A stretch of DNA of 64,000 bases from positions 4,774,001 to 4,838,000 of the forward strand of contig CM106586.1 in the NCBI GenBank assembly GCA_048013815.1, read 5' to 3'. Position numbers and translations under genes: made by a program. The first letter of the stretch is position 1; the number at the start of each line of letters is the position of its first letter. This stretch comes from Setoptus koraiensis. Its lineage: Eukaryota > Animalia > Arthropoda. Shown here piece after piece: positions 49,301 through 59,714 of the stretch. The notes beneath the pieces are model-generated. The model was not told the DNA's origin. It saw only the letters and a list, made by a program, of their open reading frames with translations, and ran no database searches.

Positions 49301-52300
49301 TCAAGCGCGACGTCGCACTTTGGACACTGGGTCATCTGATAGAAAATACAGGTTTTGTTGTTGAACCATACTGGAAATATCCCAGATTATTAGATATTTT
49401 GTTAGATTTACTTAAAACTGAACAGGCTCCGAACATTCGTCGCAAGGCGATCAGAACTTTAGGATTGTTGGGTGCTATCGATCCTTACAGGCATCAGGTG
49501 AATCTAGGTTCATATGGTCAATCACACAAATTGTTGTCCAGTGCTTCCGAAAATGATCTTGGTGGTATCTCATATGAGATAAGCGCGAGCGAAATGCTAG
49601 TCAACATGTCGGATCAATATGATGATTTCTATTCGGCAATAGCTATGACATCGTTGATAAAAATTATGAAAGATCAATCACTAATTCAGCATCATACATC
49701 TGCTGTGCAAGCGGTGACCTTCATCTTTATGAGACTTGGTGTTCGTTGTGTTCCCTATATACAACATGTTCTGCCAACTTTCATAAACGTCATAAGAAAC
49801 TCTGGATCTCAATACGGCGACTACTACTTCCAACAGATGGGTTGCTTAGTGTCAATAGTTAAGCAGCACATCAGAAATTATTTAGATGACATATTCGAGC
49901 TGATCAAAGAATCTTGGTCTGCACCTCACCCGATGCCTACACTACAGATGACCTTGATCAATCTTGTGGAACAGATTGTTGTTGCACCAGAAGGAGAATT
50001 CCGAGTATATCTACCTAGACTAATACCTCATGCCCTCAAAGTTTTTCAATACGACAAATCACCGAAATGTGTGGTGACCGAACGCTTACTCAATGCTTTG
50101 CAACAATTTGGTAACAATTTAGATGATTGCCTTTATTTGATACTACCACCGATAGTTAAATGTTTTGATTCGGTCGACATGCCACTATCGGTTCGAAAAA
50201 CTGCCCTTGAGACTATCGATATCTTCTCTGAGAGCCTAGACTTGGCCGAGCATTCCGCAAGAATTTTGCATCCATTGGCTAGGGTCCTGGACACAGAACC
50301 TGATCTTAGATCTGTCGCATTAGACACACTATGTGCAGTTGCTTTTCAGTTGGGTCCAATGTATCAGATATTTATACCCATATTTGCCAAAGTAATGAGC
50401 AAACACAAGATCAGCAGCACTCGTTACGATATAGTGGAAAATCGCGCACTACGGGGAGTACATTATTCTGACCCAGATGAAGAATTGATTTTGAGAAATA
50501 AGCGTATGCACAAAGAAAGGGCAAGTAACTTAAACAAACCTATGCAAATGCCTGAATTTGCCGCCAATAAGAAAATCCAAGTTAGTGATCTACAGCGAGC
50601 CTGGGGAATCAGGAAGTGTGCGACCAGGGAAGATTGGCTACGTTGGCTCAAGATACTGAGCCTAGATCTACTGAAGGAATCACCATCTCTAGCACTGAGA
50701 TCATGTAACCCCCTGGCGCAGGCCCACAACCCTTTAGCTCGCGAGTTATTCAATGCCGCCTTTTTATGTGTATGGGCTGCGTTAAATGAAGACCAGCAGG
50801 CTGAATTTATAAGTAGTATCGGCATGGCATTGAATGCCCCAGATGTACCAGAAGTAACACAGGCCCTATTAAATTTGACCGAATTCATGGAGCATTCAGA
50901 TAAAGGCCCATTACCCATAGCACCCCAGTTATTGGCGAAACGAGCACAAGCTTGTAGGGCATTTGCTAAGGCACTCCATTATAAAGAGGAAGAGTTCAGA
51001 GCCGCTGCTGAAAGTGGCAATCAATCTACTCAGGTACTTGAGGATCTATTGAGTATCAACAACAAGTTGCAACACCCCGAAGCGGCAGCCGGTGTGCTGA
51101 AATATGCGGAAAATAATGGTTATGAATTGAACAACAAAGAGCGTTGGTACGAAAAATTGCATGACTGGGATAATGCTCTCAGAGAGTACAGTATGAAGGT
51201 TGACCAGAAACCTGATGACATGGACTCTATACGCGGTTTGTTGCGTTGTTATGAACACATTGGCGAATGGGGTGACCTGTATAAATTAGCAACAGAATGC
51301 TGGCCAAGATTTAGTCCTCGTGACCAGCAAGAAGTGGCACGTGTCGCAGCATCAGCAGCTTGGAATTTGAGAAAATGGAATAGTATGGAAAGTTTCACTA
51401 AGGCAATGAAAGAGAATACAGTCGACTCAACATTCTATCACGCCGTGCTTGAGGTTCATAAGGAGAACTACGACCTGGCCTATGAATATATTGATCGTGC
51501 TAGGAGTTCCATTGATACAGATTTGACTGCCATGGCTGGTGAAAGTAAGAATCGTGCCTACGGAGCAATGGTGCAAGTAATGCTGCTATCAGAACTAGAA
51601 GAAGTAATCCAGTATAAATTGGACGAAAGTAGACGTTCTTTTATACGTGACAAATGGTGGAAGCGGCTGAGAGGTTGCCAACGAATTGTTGAGGACTGGC
51701 AGAAAATACTTTGTCTTAGATCGTTAGTTATCACGCCACAAGACGACATGAGAGGCTGGATAAAGTTTGCCAGCATATGTCAGAGTTGTAGCAATAGCCA
51801 ATGTCGGATCAAACAATCACATAGGATACTCACAAAATTGTTAAATCCAAATCTTGATGTTAGCAATCCGAAAAAGATTGACATTAAACCGACTGATCAT
51901 CCCCAGGTGGCATTTGCATATCTGACGCATATGTGGAGAAGTGGTCAGAGAGAAGAGGCATTCACAAAGTTACAACAATTCGTTGAGAGAGCAATACCAA
52001 AAATGAATTGCCTGTTAGTTGGCGGCAATGAGAACGGCCACAACTTGGGTGCTTTAGATAGTTTAACTAGCCATAATAATATTATTAACAATCCGTCTCT
52101 ACTGAATTCGGCAACAACAGCAAACACAGCTAACATAGTTGGAGATATGCTAGGCAATTGCTCTTCCAGTTCCACACCATCCGTACTCATGGCCAAATTA
52201 GCAATAAATCCATCAATACAATCCGAAGACATCAACAACCATTCACGTATTCAGCACCTAACAACTGTGGATCAAATTATACCACGAAACGGATACAATG

Positions 52301-54411
52301 ATCATCTGCCTTCCAACAACTCAAAAGTCGATCTCAAGGTACTCTTGTCGAGATGCTATCTAAAGTTGGGTCAATGGCAAGAGAGTCTACAAGGTGTAAA
52401 TGAGCAATCTATTCCCACCATTTACAACTACTACACTCTGGCCACCGAACACGACAAAGAATGGTACAAGGCTTGGCATGCGCTCGCCTACATGAGCTAC
52501 GAGGCAGTATTGTTTTACAAACGCCAATCTTTTGATGTTCGCCAGTACACCATACCTGCCATAAAGAGTTTCTTCAGATCAATCGCTCTATCTCATGGTA
52601 ACTCATTGCAGGACACACTTAGGTTGTTGACATTGTGGTTTGATGAGGCCAACGATAAGGAAGTCAGCGAGGCTTTTGCCGCTGGCGTTAAAACCGTACC
52701 AGTGGAAACTTGGTTGCAAGTGATACCGCAGCTCATAGCCAGAATAGACACACCCAGACAAAATGTCAAGACGCTATTGCAGGAGTTGCTCACCGAAGTT
52801 GGAAAATATCATCCACAATCACTCATATATCCGCTGACAGTGGCCTCTAAATCAATTGTTCATGAGCGCAACACAGCCGCAACAAAAATAATGTCAAGTA
52901 TGCGCGAACATAGCAGCAATTTAGTGGCACAAGCCATGTTGGTTAGCCAAGAGCTTATTAGAGTTGCTATATTGTGGCACGAGCTATGGCACGAAGGTCT
53001 AGAGGAGGCGTCACGGTTATATTTTACCGAAAAGAACGTACGCAGTATGTTCGAGACCCTAGAACCTTTGCATGCGATGATGGCTCGTGGTGCCCAAACA
53101 TTGAAAGAAATGTCCTTCCAGCAGGCTTATGGCAGGGATTTATTACAGGCTTCCGACTGGTGCAAACAATTCCAGCGTACAGGCAATCCTAAAGATCTGA
53201 CGCAAGCTTGGGATCTATACTATCTAGTGTTCAGGCGTATATCGAAGCAATTGCCCCAATTGACATCACTAGAGCTGAAGTACGTATCGCCGAAACTGGA
53301 GGTGTGCCACGATCTAGAATTGGCTGTTCCCGGTAGCTATTCGCCTAACAGGCCCATTGTTCAGATAGCCAAAGTTGAGTCAAATTTACAGGTGATAACA
53401 AGTAAACAGCGACCTCGCAAGTTATGCATTAAAGGTAGCGACGGCAAAGAGTATATGTTCCTATTAAAAGGCCATGAAGATTTACGCCAAGATGAACGGG
53501 TCATGCAATTATTCGGACTTATAAATACATTACTGATGAATGATCCCGAAACAAGTAGGCGAAATTTGACCATACAGCGTTACGCTGTTATACCATTATC
53601 CACCAATAGCGGGCTTATTGGTTGGGTGCCACACTGTGATACATTGCATACACTAATCAAGGATTACAGAGAGAAACGGAAGGTTATGTTCAATATTGAG
53701 CAGCGTCTCTATTTGAGAATGACACCAGACTTTGACCATTTGACCCTAATGCAAAAGGTGGAAGTTTTTGAGCACGCATTAGCCGGAACTAAGGGCGACG
53801 ATTTGGCGCGATTAGTGTGGCTAAAGTCACCTAGCAGCGAGGTTTGGTTTGACAGGCGTACAAACTATACGAGATCATTGGCCACCATGTCAATGGTTGG
53901 CTATGTGCTTGGATTAGGCGATAGGCATCCGTCTAACTTAATGTTGGACAGATTAACTGGTAAAGTGATTCATATTGATTTTGGCGATTGCTTTGAAGTT
54001 GCCATGACAAGGGAAAAATTTCCAGAGAAAATTCCTTTCCGATTGACTAGAATGCTTATCAATGCCATGGAGGTAACCGGTAAAGAGGGCACCTATAGGA
54101 TGACTTGCGAGAAGATGATGCACGTCCTAAGGAAGAACAAGGACAGTCTGATGGCAGTTTTGGAGGCATTTGTTTACGATCCGCTGCTTAATTGGCGCAT
54201 ACAAGGATCCGCTGTTGACGGGCACCCGCCCGAGGCTCTTAATGCCAAGGCTTTGGCAGTAGTTAACCGTGTTCGTGATAAATTAACGGGACGCGACTTT
54301 GATGCAAACGTTCCTTTAGATGTTCCTAAGCAAATCGATTTGCTTATAAAGCAAGCCACCTCTCAAGAGAATCTTTGTCAATGTTATATAGGATGGTGTC
54401 CATTCTGGTGA
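46315..54411 (+). CDS. Tor: Target of rapamycin Ser/Thr kinase, 2698 aa, single exon
   Basis: HEAT repeats, FAT, FRB (LWHELWHEGLEEASRLYF), PIKK kinase (LLKGHEDLRQDERVMQLF, LGDRHPSNLML, HIDFGDCF) and FATC ending LCQCYIGWCPFW. Confidence 0.99.
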   Translation: MAASFKTIVDKLRSKHDEERLRAAQQLYHYVTNEVQGKPLEFIKTFIEDINQQILQLLQTNSNIDEKKGGLLAIITLISVDVGDRKTQCIKFANILRDLPVATDTALMELEAFTVGKISAASGSLTASYVEYEVTRAIEWLRTDQLDKQLFKKHCAVLRLRELANFAPAFFFQHMNQFFDCIFIAICDQKLWIRDSGVDALRSALYVLVSRETEENQNPRWYDHCYKEAIKNIVDPPDINLLSSKDRGIHEDKVHGSLMVLNELFRYSNAECEKVFQNIEDNVLAQGCNDYYFTTSDGSINNANQNGSNGSRAYSINGIPPNSPNQTHQQQPMFASPAYMSGSGGSFHPSLVNLTSSPYLNTFLPTTPPQSTHLYFMTPLSSSPAPILSSLNTIPYSNTPPTHNQHAHRYAPFSSLARLATSFRHQRRQSQPTSFISNFNGTQSQQPNRNGQYTNHRPSVISLPHGPNILASSASSNSHLSPHHQHHPSQSSQTMFSSSTMLNPSTPISTRRMTYESPICHQLLSDNFTYICDLVMKQKSSRNPNINHILLILIPRLAAFKPDYFIEHHLTETINHLLNGIKSGRERSIFFISIGLLAFGVRDKLRPHLPKIMDSIRNCLSSKDQRQRRSTGPKPIEPSVFICVSLLAQALGHIIEPEIRSQNILDQMTQTGLSPSLASAFLELSIQMPQLRKKIHNHLLEMLSLVLMQKPFSYPGLMNQYSSNTHISSVSAIRPINPVDQPENVHNITLALRILARFDFHSMFTMQFATHCSEHYLSSEIREIRLETVKTCCQLLLPAIIRNQNKYSATLVDSIQNVLHRLLITSVTDTDPEVRYFVLASISQKFDHHLSQETNLDCLFLCLNEEIFEIRELAVCLIGRLSSLNPGYILPRLRKVLLNFVNELRYSGMPRNKEQAARMLGQLFKHAPALMKAYTEPVISEFLHQLQDNTNYPNATISVLLAIGQQAQVSGIELMKHIDELLVILLQSIQDPTSEIKRDVALWTLGHLIENTGFVVEPYWKYPRLLDILLDLLKTEQAPNIRRKAIRTLGLLGAIDPYRHQVNLGSYGQSHKLLSSASENDLGGISYEISASEMLVNMSDQYDDFYSAIAMTSLIKIMKDQSLIQHHTSAVQAVTFIFMRLGVRCVPYIQHVLPTFINVIRNSGSQYGDYYFQQMGCLVSIVKQHIRNYLDDIFELIKESWSAPHPMPTLQMTLINLVEQIVVAPEGEFRVYLPRLIPHALKVFQYDKSPKCVVTERLLNALQQFGNNLDDCLYLILPPIVKCFDSVDMPLSVRKTALETIDIFSESLDLAEHSARILHPLARVLDTEPDLRSVALDTLCAVAFQLGPMYQIFIPIFAKVMSKHKISSTRYDIVENRALRGVHYSDPDEELILRNKRMHKERASNLNKPMQMPEFAANKKIQVSDLQRAWGIRKCATREDWLRWLKILSLDLLKESPSLALRSCNPLAQAHNPLARELFNAAFLCVWAALNEDQQAEFISSIGMALNAPDVPEVTQALLNLTEFMEHSDKGPLPIAPQLLAKRAQACRAFAKALHYKEEEFRAAAESGNQSTQVLEDLLSINNKLQHPEAAAGVLKYAENNGYELNNKERWYEKLHDWDNALREYSMKVDQKPDDMDSIRGLLRCYEHIGEWGDLYKLATECWPRFSPRDQQEVARVAASAAWNLRKWNSMESFTKAMKENTVDSTFYHAVLEVHKENYDLAYEYIDRARSSIDTDLTAMAGESKNRAYGAMVQVMLLSELEEVIQYKLDESRRSFIRDKWWKRLRGCQRIVEDWQKILCLRSLVITPQDDMRGWIKFASICQSCSNSQCRIKQSHRILTKLLNPNLDVSNPKKIDIKPTDHPQVAFAYLTHMWRSGQREEAFTKLQQFVERAIPKMNCLLVGGNENGHNLGALDSLTSHNNIINNPSLLNSATTANTANIVGDMLGNCSSSSTPSVLMAKLAINPSIQSEDINNHSRIQHLTTVDQIIPRNGYNDHLPSNNSKVDLKVLLSRCYLKLGQWQESLQGVNEQSIPTIYNYYTLATEHDKEWYKAWHALAYMSYEAVLFYKRQSFDVRQYTIPAIKSFFRSIALSHGNSLQDTLRLLTLWFDEANDKEVSEAFAAGVKTVPVETWLQVIPQLIARIDTPRQNVKTLLQELLTEVGKYHPQSLIYPLTVASKSIVHERNTAATKIMSSMREHSSNLVAQAMLVSQELIRVAILWHELWHEGLEEASRLYFTEKNVRSMFETLEPLHAMMARGAQTLKEMSFQQAYGRDLLQASDWCKQFQRTGNPKDLTQAWDLYYLVFRRISKQLPQLTSLELKYVSPKLEVCHDLELAVPGSYSPNRPIVQIAKVESNLQVITSKQRPRKLCIKGSDGKEYMFLLKGHEDLRQDERVMQLFGLINTLLMNDPETSRRNLTIQRYAVIPLSTNSGLIGWVPHCDTLHTLIKDYREKRKVMFNIEQRLYLRMTPDFDHLTLMQKVEVFEHALAGTKGDDLARLVWLKSPSSEVWFDRRTNYTRSLATMSMVGYVLGLGDRHPSNLMLDRLTGKVIHIDFGDCFEVAMTREKFPEKIPFRLTRMLINAMEVTGKEGTYRMTCEKMMHVLRKNKDSLMAVLEAFVYDPLLNWRIQGSAVDGHPPEALNAKALAVVNRVRDKLTGRDFDANVPLDVPKQIDLLIKQATSQENLCQCYIGWCPFW

Positions 54412-55096
54412 CACACAACCACACTCCAACTACGAGCAGAGCCACTCACTATCATAAACTCAATTAGTGACAATATAGAAACAACCAAAGTTTTCATACA
54501 CACACTTTTTTCAACTTTTCATACTATTCGATTCGAGATAAGATATAAAAACAGTCACTTATAATGGGTATGACAAGTTATAGTGCCCGAGACAAAACAC
54601 ACAGAGGAAACAAATCCAGAAACATAGTTATAACTCTAAATGATGTTAGTCAAAACCAAGATAGGGAAGGAGATATATATACATATGTATATATATAGAG
54701 TTAAAAATAATAATAATAACCTATACATTCTTTATTATTGAGATTGTAAATTGATGATGATTATGTTTATATGCCCAAGCACAACATATTCTCAAATAAC
54801 ATTTTTTTTATACGTATATTTGTTAACAATAATTCTTTTCTCTTCTCATTTTATATAGTATTTCATGCCCTCTTGTTTGTCTATCTATACATGCATGTTC
54901 ATTTGTTGATGCGTCAAGGCAACAGCAACAATTAGAAACAAGACTCTAAGACGTTATAACAAAAGGTTTCCTTATGGTCGGGTTTCCATTTTTGACAAGA
55001 TGATCACACGATTGAGTTGTAAATTGGTAGTAGATTATAAAAAGTAGTTGTATGATAACTATGTGTAAATGCCATTATCATTAGTGGTAGTGTCTA

Positions 55097-58000
55097 TTAG
55101 ATGATACGACAATTGTCGCTAGTGGCAGCGCTAATTGTTGGTGATGGCGCTAAAACTGTGTTGTTATTGGCCAACATTGTTAACGATTGAGGATGCTGCT
55201 GATGATTTGTTTGGTGACTGAAGGATGATTGGCTTTGCGGCGGCATCAACGATGAAGTCGACGAGGCAATAGAAGCGCTAGATGCTGGCTCGCCCATATT
55301 GTTGTTTGCCAATCTGTTGTTGTGATTACTATTAAGATCTTGCAATTTTTTCACATATTTCACCCTGGTACGGCTATTCCAATCTGATCCTGTTGTTGTT
55401 GCTGTTGTCCGTTGTCGTTGCTTGTTGGTGCTGCTGTGATAATGATGGCCTCGTCTCGACGACGACGCAACATCGGCATCGTGTCGATGTTCTCTGAATT
55501 GGCGCCTACTGTCATCTGATCGGCTTGCCGATCTTTTTGTTGCCGATCGATGGTCATCGCCGGCATCGCAGGGCATTCTCGTATGCGACGATCTAGCGGG
55601 CTGTTGCCTACACGACGAGTGCTCATCGCGCGAGTGACGCCGACGATGATGCCGATTGTGGCGATACTTGTTGTGATGCGACGACGACTGATGATGGCGA
55701 TCGTTATTTGTTTTGTTTTGATGATGCAACGACAATTGACTGCCCGACAGTGACTTTTTGCCACTGTTGTTGTTGCTGTTGTGATGTTTGTGAGCGGAAG
55801 TGGATGCGCTACTGCCAGAGGTTGTGGGGTGACGCGGGTGCCTGTGAGCGTCTCGGCGCGTTTGAGAGTTGTGTCGCTTGTGTTTGTCGTTGTCGTTGCG
55901 ATTGTGACTCTGTTTGTGATTGTGCCGATGAGAGTGCCTGCTGTGATGATGGTCTTGGCGGTTGTGACGATGAGAGCGAGTCGATTGTCGCTGTTTGTTG
56001 CCCGTTGTTGGCCTCGATGATTGCCTGTCGTGATGATTGGAGTGTCTGCTGCTTTTGTCGCGACGCGTGCCACTTTTACTTTCGCCGGGCACCGTTTGCG
56101 ATAATTGTTTGTTTGTTATTTTAGGGTCATAGGAACAAGATGACGACACCGACGACGATCTGGATCGGGACGTTGATCGGTACGACGACGTTGTCGAGTC
56201 GCTGTCACTGGCACTTCCGCTGTAGGAGCTGGCGGAAGTGGTGTACGAACGGGACGAGCAACAGTCGCAATCGTGGTCGTCGTAGGACAGCGTCGATGAG
56301 GACGACGACACCGACGAGCCACTGCTACATTGGCTAGTGTGCGACCATGACGAGCAACTGGTGTCGGTTGAGCACTGCGACGACACCGACGACGATCTAG
56401 ATCTCGACCATCCTCGGCTGGATCGGGCAGATCGTCGGTGTCGGCTGTGGTCGCGCTGATGTGAGGCGTCGGACGACGAGCACGTCGAGCAGGCGGACGA
56501 CGCCGACGATTCGGACGAGCTCGATCGGGAGCGCCGATATCTGCGGCCCGTTCTGGCTTGCTGCTGCTGCTGCTGTTGCTGTCGCTTGGTGTGGCTGGCT
56601 TGGCGCTGCATGTGGTCACCGGCGTGCAAACGACGCTGCTGACCGCGTGCTGGTTGCTGTTGTTTGTGCTGCTGAGCGGCGGCCGAAGCGGGGGCGCTGT
56701 CACCTGTCGAGCCCATGTGACACTGTTGTGCGTCTTGCTGTATTGGCTGCTGCTGCAGTTGCTGTTGTTGTTGTTGCTGCTGCTGTTGGCGTTGCCATCG
56801 GCGGCCTTTGGCGCTGCCCGCCGTCGCTATGCGACTCAGTGCGCTGCTCAGACTGGCCGCAAGCGAGCCGCTGTTTTCGGCGGGGGCCGCCTGTTCGAGC
56901 AGCGGCGCTGATTGTTGATCAGCGGCCATATCAGCGCCGCCGGCCGGGCCGGTGTGCTGCTGAAGCTGATTTATAAGCGTGGACAATCGCACCCGCCTGC
57001 CCTGCTCGTCGTAATGGGCACTGTACGCGGCCCCCGGCTTGTGTGTGGAGGCGAGCGTCATTGCGTAAGCCGTTAGCTGGTTACTGGTGGCGTGGCTCGG
57101 GTGCGATTTGAGTGCGGACTTGAGCGACGACGACGAATTGGAGCGGGTCAGGCCGGACACGCCCGGCGGATCCTTGACGCTCGGGTCGAACGACACCGAT
57201 TTGGCGCCCGGTTTCTGGGCCGGCCGCTGGGCGGCGTCCAGCGATGAGCCCGGGGCGCCGCTCATCACCATCATCGACTGGCGCCGGCCCAGCGAATTGG
57301 TGCCGTTGCAGTACAGCGCCGCCTGAGTCGGTGGCACGCCGAGATCACTTTTGCCTTGCTCAATCACACTCGACATCACCGAGGCCGATCTAAATGGATT
57401 GTGGTCCGACTGTTTCGGGCCGCCAGTTGCCGAGTCATTATTAAATGTGGTCGCTGCTGTTGCTGTCGCTGGCCAGTAGGGGTCGGTGGGGGCCGCTGGC
57501 TTGTTGGCCAATGTCTGTTGCTTGTGTTGCTTGTTTACCACCGAATAGTGGTCCGTGATGACGCGCCTGGCCGCGGGTGCCTCGTCCGCTGCGCCCACTT
57601 TGCCCGGCTGCGGCGACGTGGGCAACCCATTGGCCTGCATGAGCGCCATGTCCGCCGAGTTGTCCGAGTTGCTGCTGTTGTCCGCGGCCAGTCGCTGCAG
57701 TTGCTGTTGTTGCTGCTGGGGCGCGCCACCCAGGCCCGCTTCGAATCGGCGCCGCAGCGACTCAAACGTAATGTCCGCGTCCTGCGGGCCGGTCCGCTGG
57801 CCGGCGGCCGCCGCCGCCTGCTGCTGCTGCTGCTGATAATTGTCCGCCATGAGCAACAGGTTGGCCTCGGACAATTGCGTCACCGGCTGCACCCTGCGTC
57901 GCCGTTCCGACAGCAACGTGCTGCTCCTTGCATGCTGCTGCTGCTGCCTGCGATGTGACTGTTGTTGTTGTTGCTGCTGCTGTTGTTGTTGTTGCTGTTG

Positions 58001-59025
58001 CTGCTGTTGTTGCTGCTGTTGTTGCTGTTGTTGTTGCTGCTGTTGTTGCTGTTGTTGCTGTTGTTGTTGCTGTTGTTGCTGCTGTTGTTGCTGTTGCATC
58101 TGCTGCTGGTCGCAATTGAGCGTGCTCTGCAGCAGCTCGATCTGGCCGTTGACTATCTGCGGCCAGCTCTGGTCAAGCTTGTTGTCCCTGTTGCCGTTAG
58201 TGTTGCCCTTGGCGTCCTTGCTGGCCGTCTGCTCACCTGACTGCTGTGACGTAGGTGTCGCTGTCGGTGTTGTTGTCGTCGCTGTCGTCGCCGCTGTCGC
58301 TGTTGTCGCAGTTGGCGAGCTCGACGAGCCGAGCGCCTGCGCAGCCCGCTCGCCCGTTTGGTGTCGCTGCTGTTGTTGTTGTTGTGGCTGCTGCTGTCGC
58401 TGTTGCTGTTGGCTGGCGGTTGGTGACGCAGTTAGCGCGCCGCCCGACGACTGCACCACGAGCTTGCCGTTGCCCGTTGCCGTGTCCGCCTGGCGGCCGC
58501 CAACTGCTGCGGCCAGCTTGCCGGCGCCGGCGCCGCCCGTCGGCGCACAGTACGCGGCCTGGCTGCAGTACACCGAGCAGTAGATGCGCCCGTCCGAGGC
58601 GGGCAAAAAGGGCATGCCCAACAGCGACTTGTTGCACTTGGTGTGGTTGCACTTGAAACACTGACTGGTCGCGTGCCAGCAGCGCTGCTCGTGCGATATG
58701 GCGCCCACGTCGCACGTGATCAGTTCGCCGCATTGTTCGCACAGTTCGCCGAACACGTTGTCGAAGCACTTGAGACAATAGGGCAAATTTTGCGCCTTGC
58801 CATGCTGCTGTTGTTGCTCCAAATTCGCTGCTGCTGTCTTGCCAACGAGCGTGTCGCTGCTGTCCGCCAGGGGGCCGCTGCTTTGGTCGCCAATTTGCGA
58901 CAGGCTGTCGCGTCCGTTGCACTTGTTGAGCTGGGCCGCGCTAGCGTCCACAATGATGTACTGCTGGCCGCCTAGCGGAGTTTGGCACTCCGTGCAACAA
59001 AAGTGGCCAATGTGCCACACTTTGC
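55097..59025 (-). CDS. pk: Prickle terminal exon: LIM2 (part), LIM3, long low-complexity tail, CaaX
   Basis: KVWHIGHFCCTECQTPLGGQQYI, PYCLKCF, WHATSQCFKC...SLLGMPFLP..GRIYCSVYC, Prickle-type CSTCSSS motif, ends DNCRII*. Acceptor aaacAG, phase 1. Confidence 0.92.
57959..58096 (-). repeat. Coding poly-glutamine tract (46 Q, mixed CAA/CAG) in Prickle
   Basis: 138 nt of ctg/ttg triplets on +, in frame with Prickle on -. Confidence 0.95.
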
Positions 59026-59714
59026 CTGTTTTGTGCATTTGGGGCGCAGAAAATTGGGGAAAATTTTGAAATTAGGGCAAGAAATCGGTGGAAACAAGAT
59101 GGCGGGTTAGTTAGACGTAATAACATTAAGTGGCCAATACAGTTGTGCGGGCGATCGCGGGCTGAGACAGTCACGCCCCGCCGCGGCTGCCGACCGGAGC
59201 CGCCGGCCGAGTCTAGTGGCCAAAGTGACCGGCAGAGTGGCCGAAGTGAGCGGCAGTTTGGTTTTAGTTCGAACCCGGCGACCGCTCACCTGTCGGCCGG
59301 ACGCCAGCGGTCGAGCAGCGGGCGAGTCCGCTGACATCAATTTGTGGCGACACGATGAGCTCGTCGCTGTCCAATTGAAACGACGGGCAGCAACAGGTGA
59401 TTAGTCGGTGCTTGTGGCCCCGATTAGCTCATTAGCTCGCCTGATTGATGTCGGCCAGTCGGTCAGTCGGCTGGCCTGCTGGTGGCGTGCGTGCGAACCC
59501 ATTAATTAGCCGACCGACACGACGGCACTGGCATGATGTGGCCGACGCCAGCGCCGCGATGCGACCAGGTGAAGAGATGTGCATGTTATGCAAAACATGT
59601 TTCGCTCACGGCAGCAAATTGCCGCTTGTTGCGCAACAGTGTGGCCGGCAGTTACGAGTGGCCGGCGACAGTTGCTGCCGTCTTGATGTAAATATAAACT
59701 GTGGATAAACTCAC

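Noticed and set aside
54673-54696. 24-bp perfect palindrome between Tor and pk
   Set aside because: Mostly (AT)n, which is self-complementary by nature.
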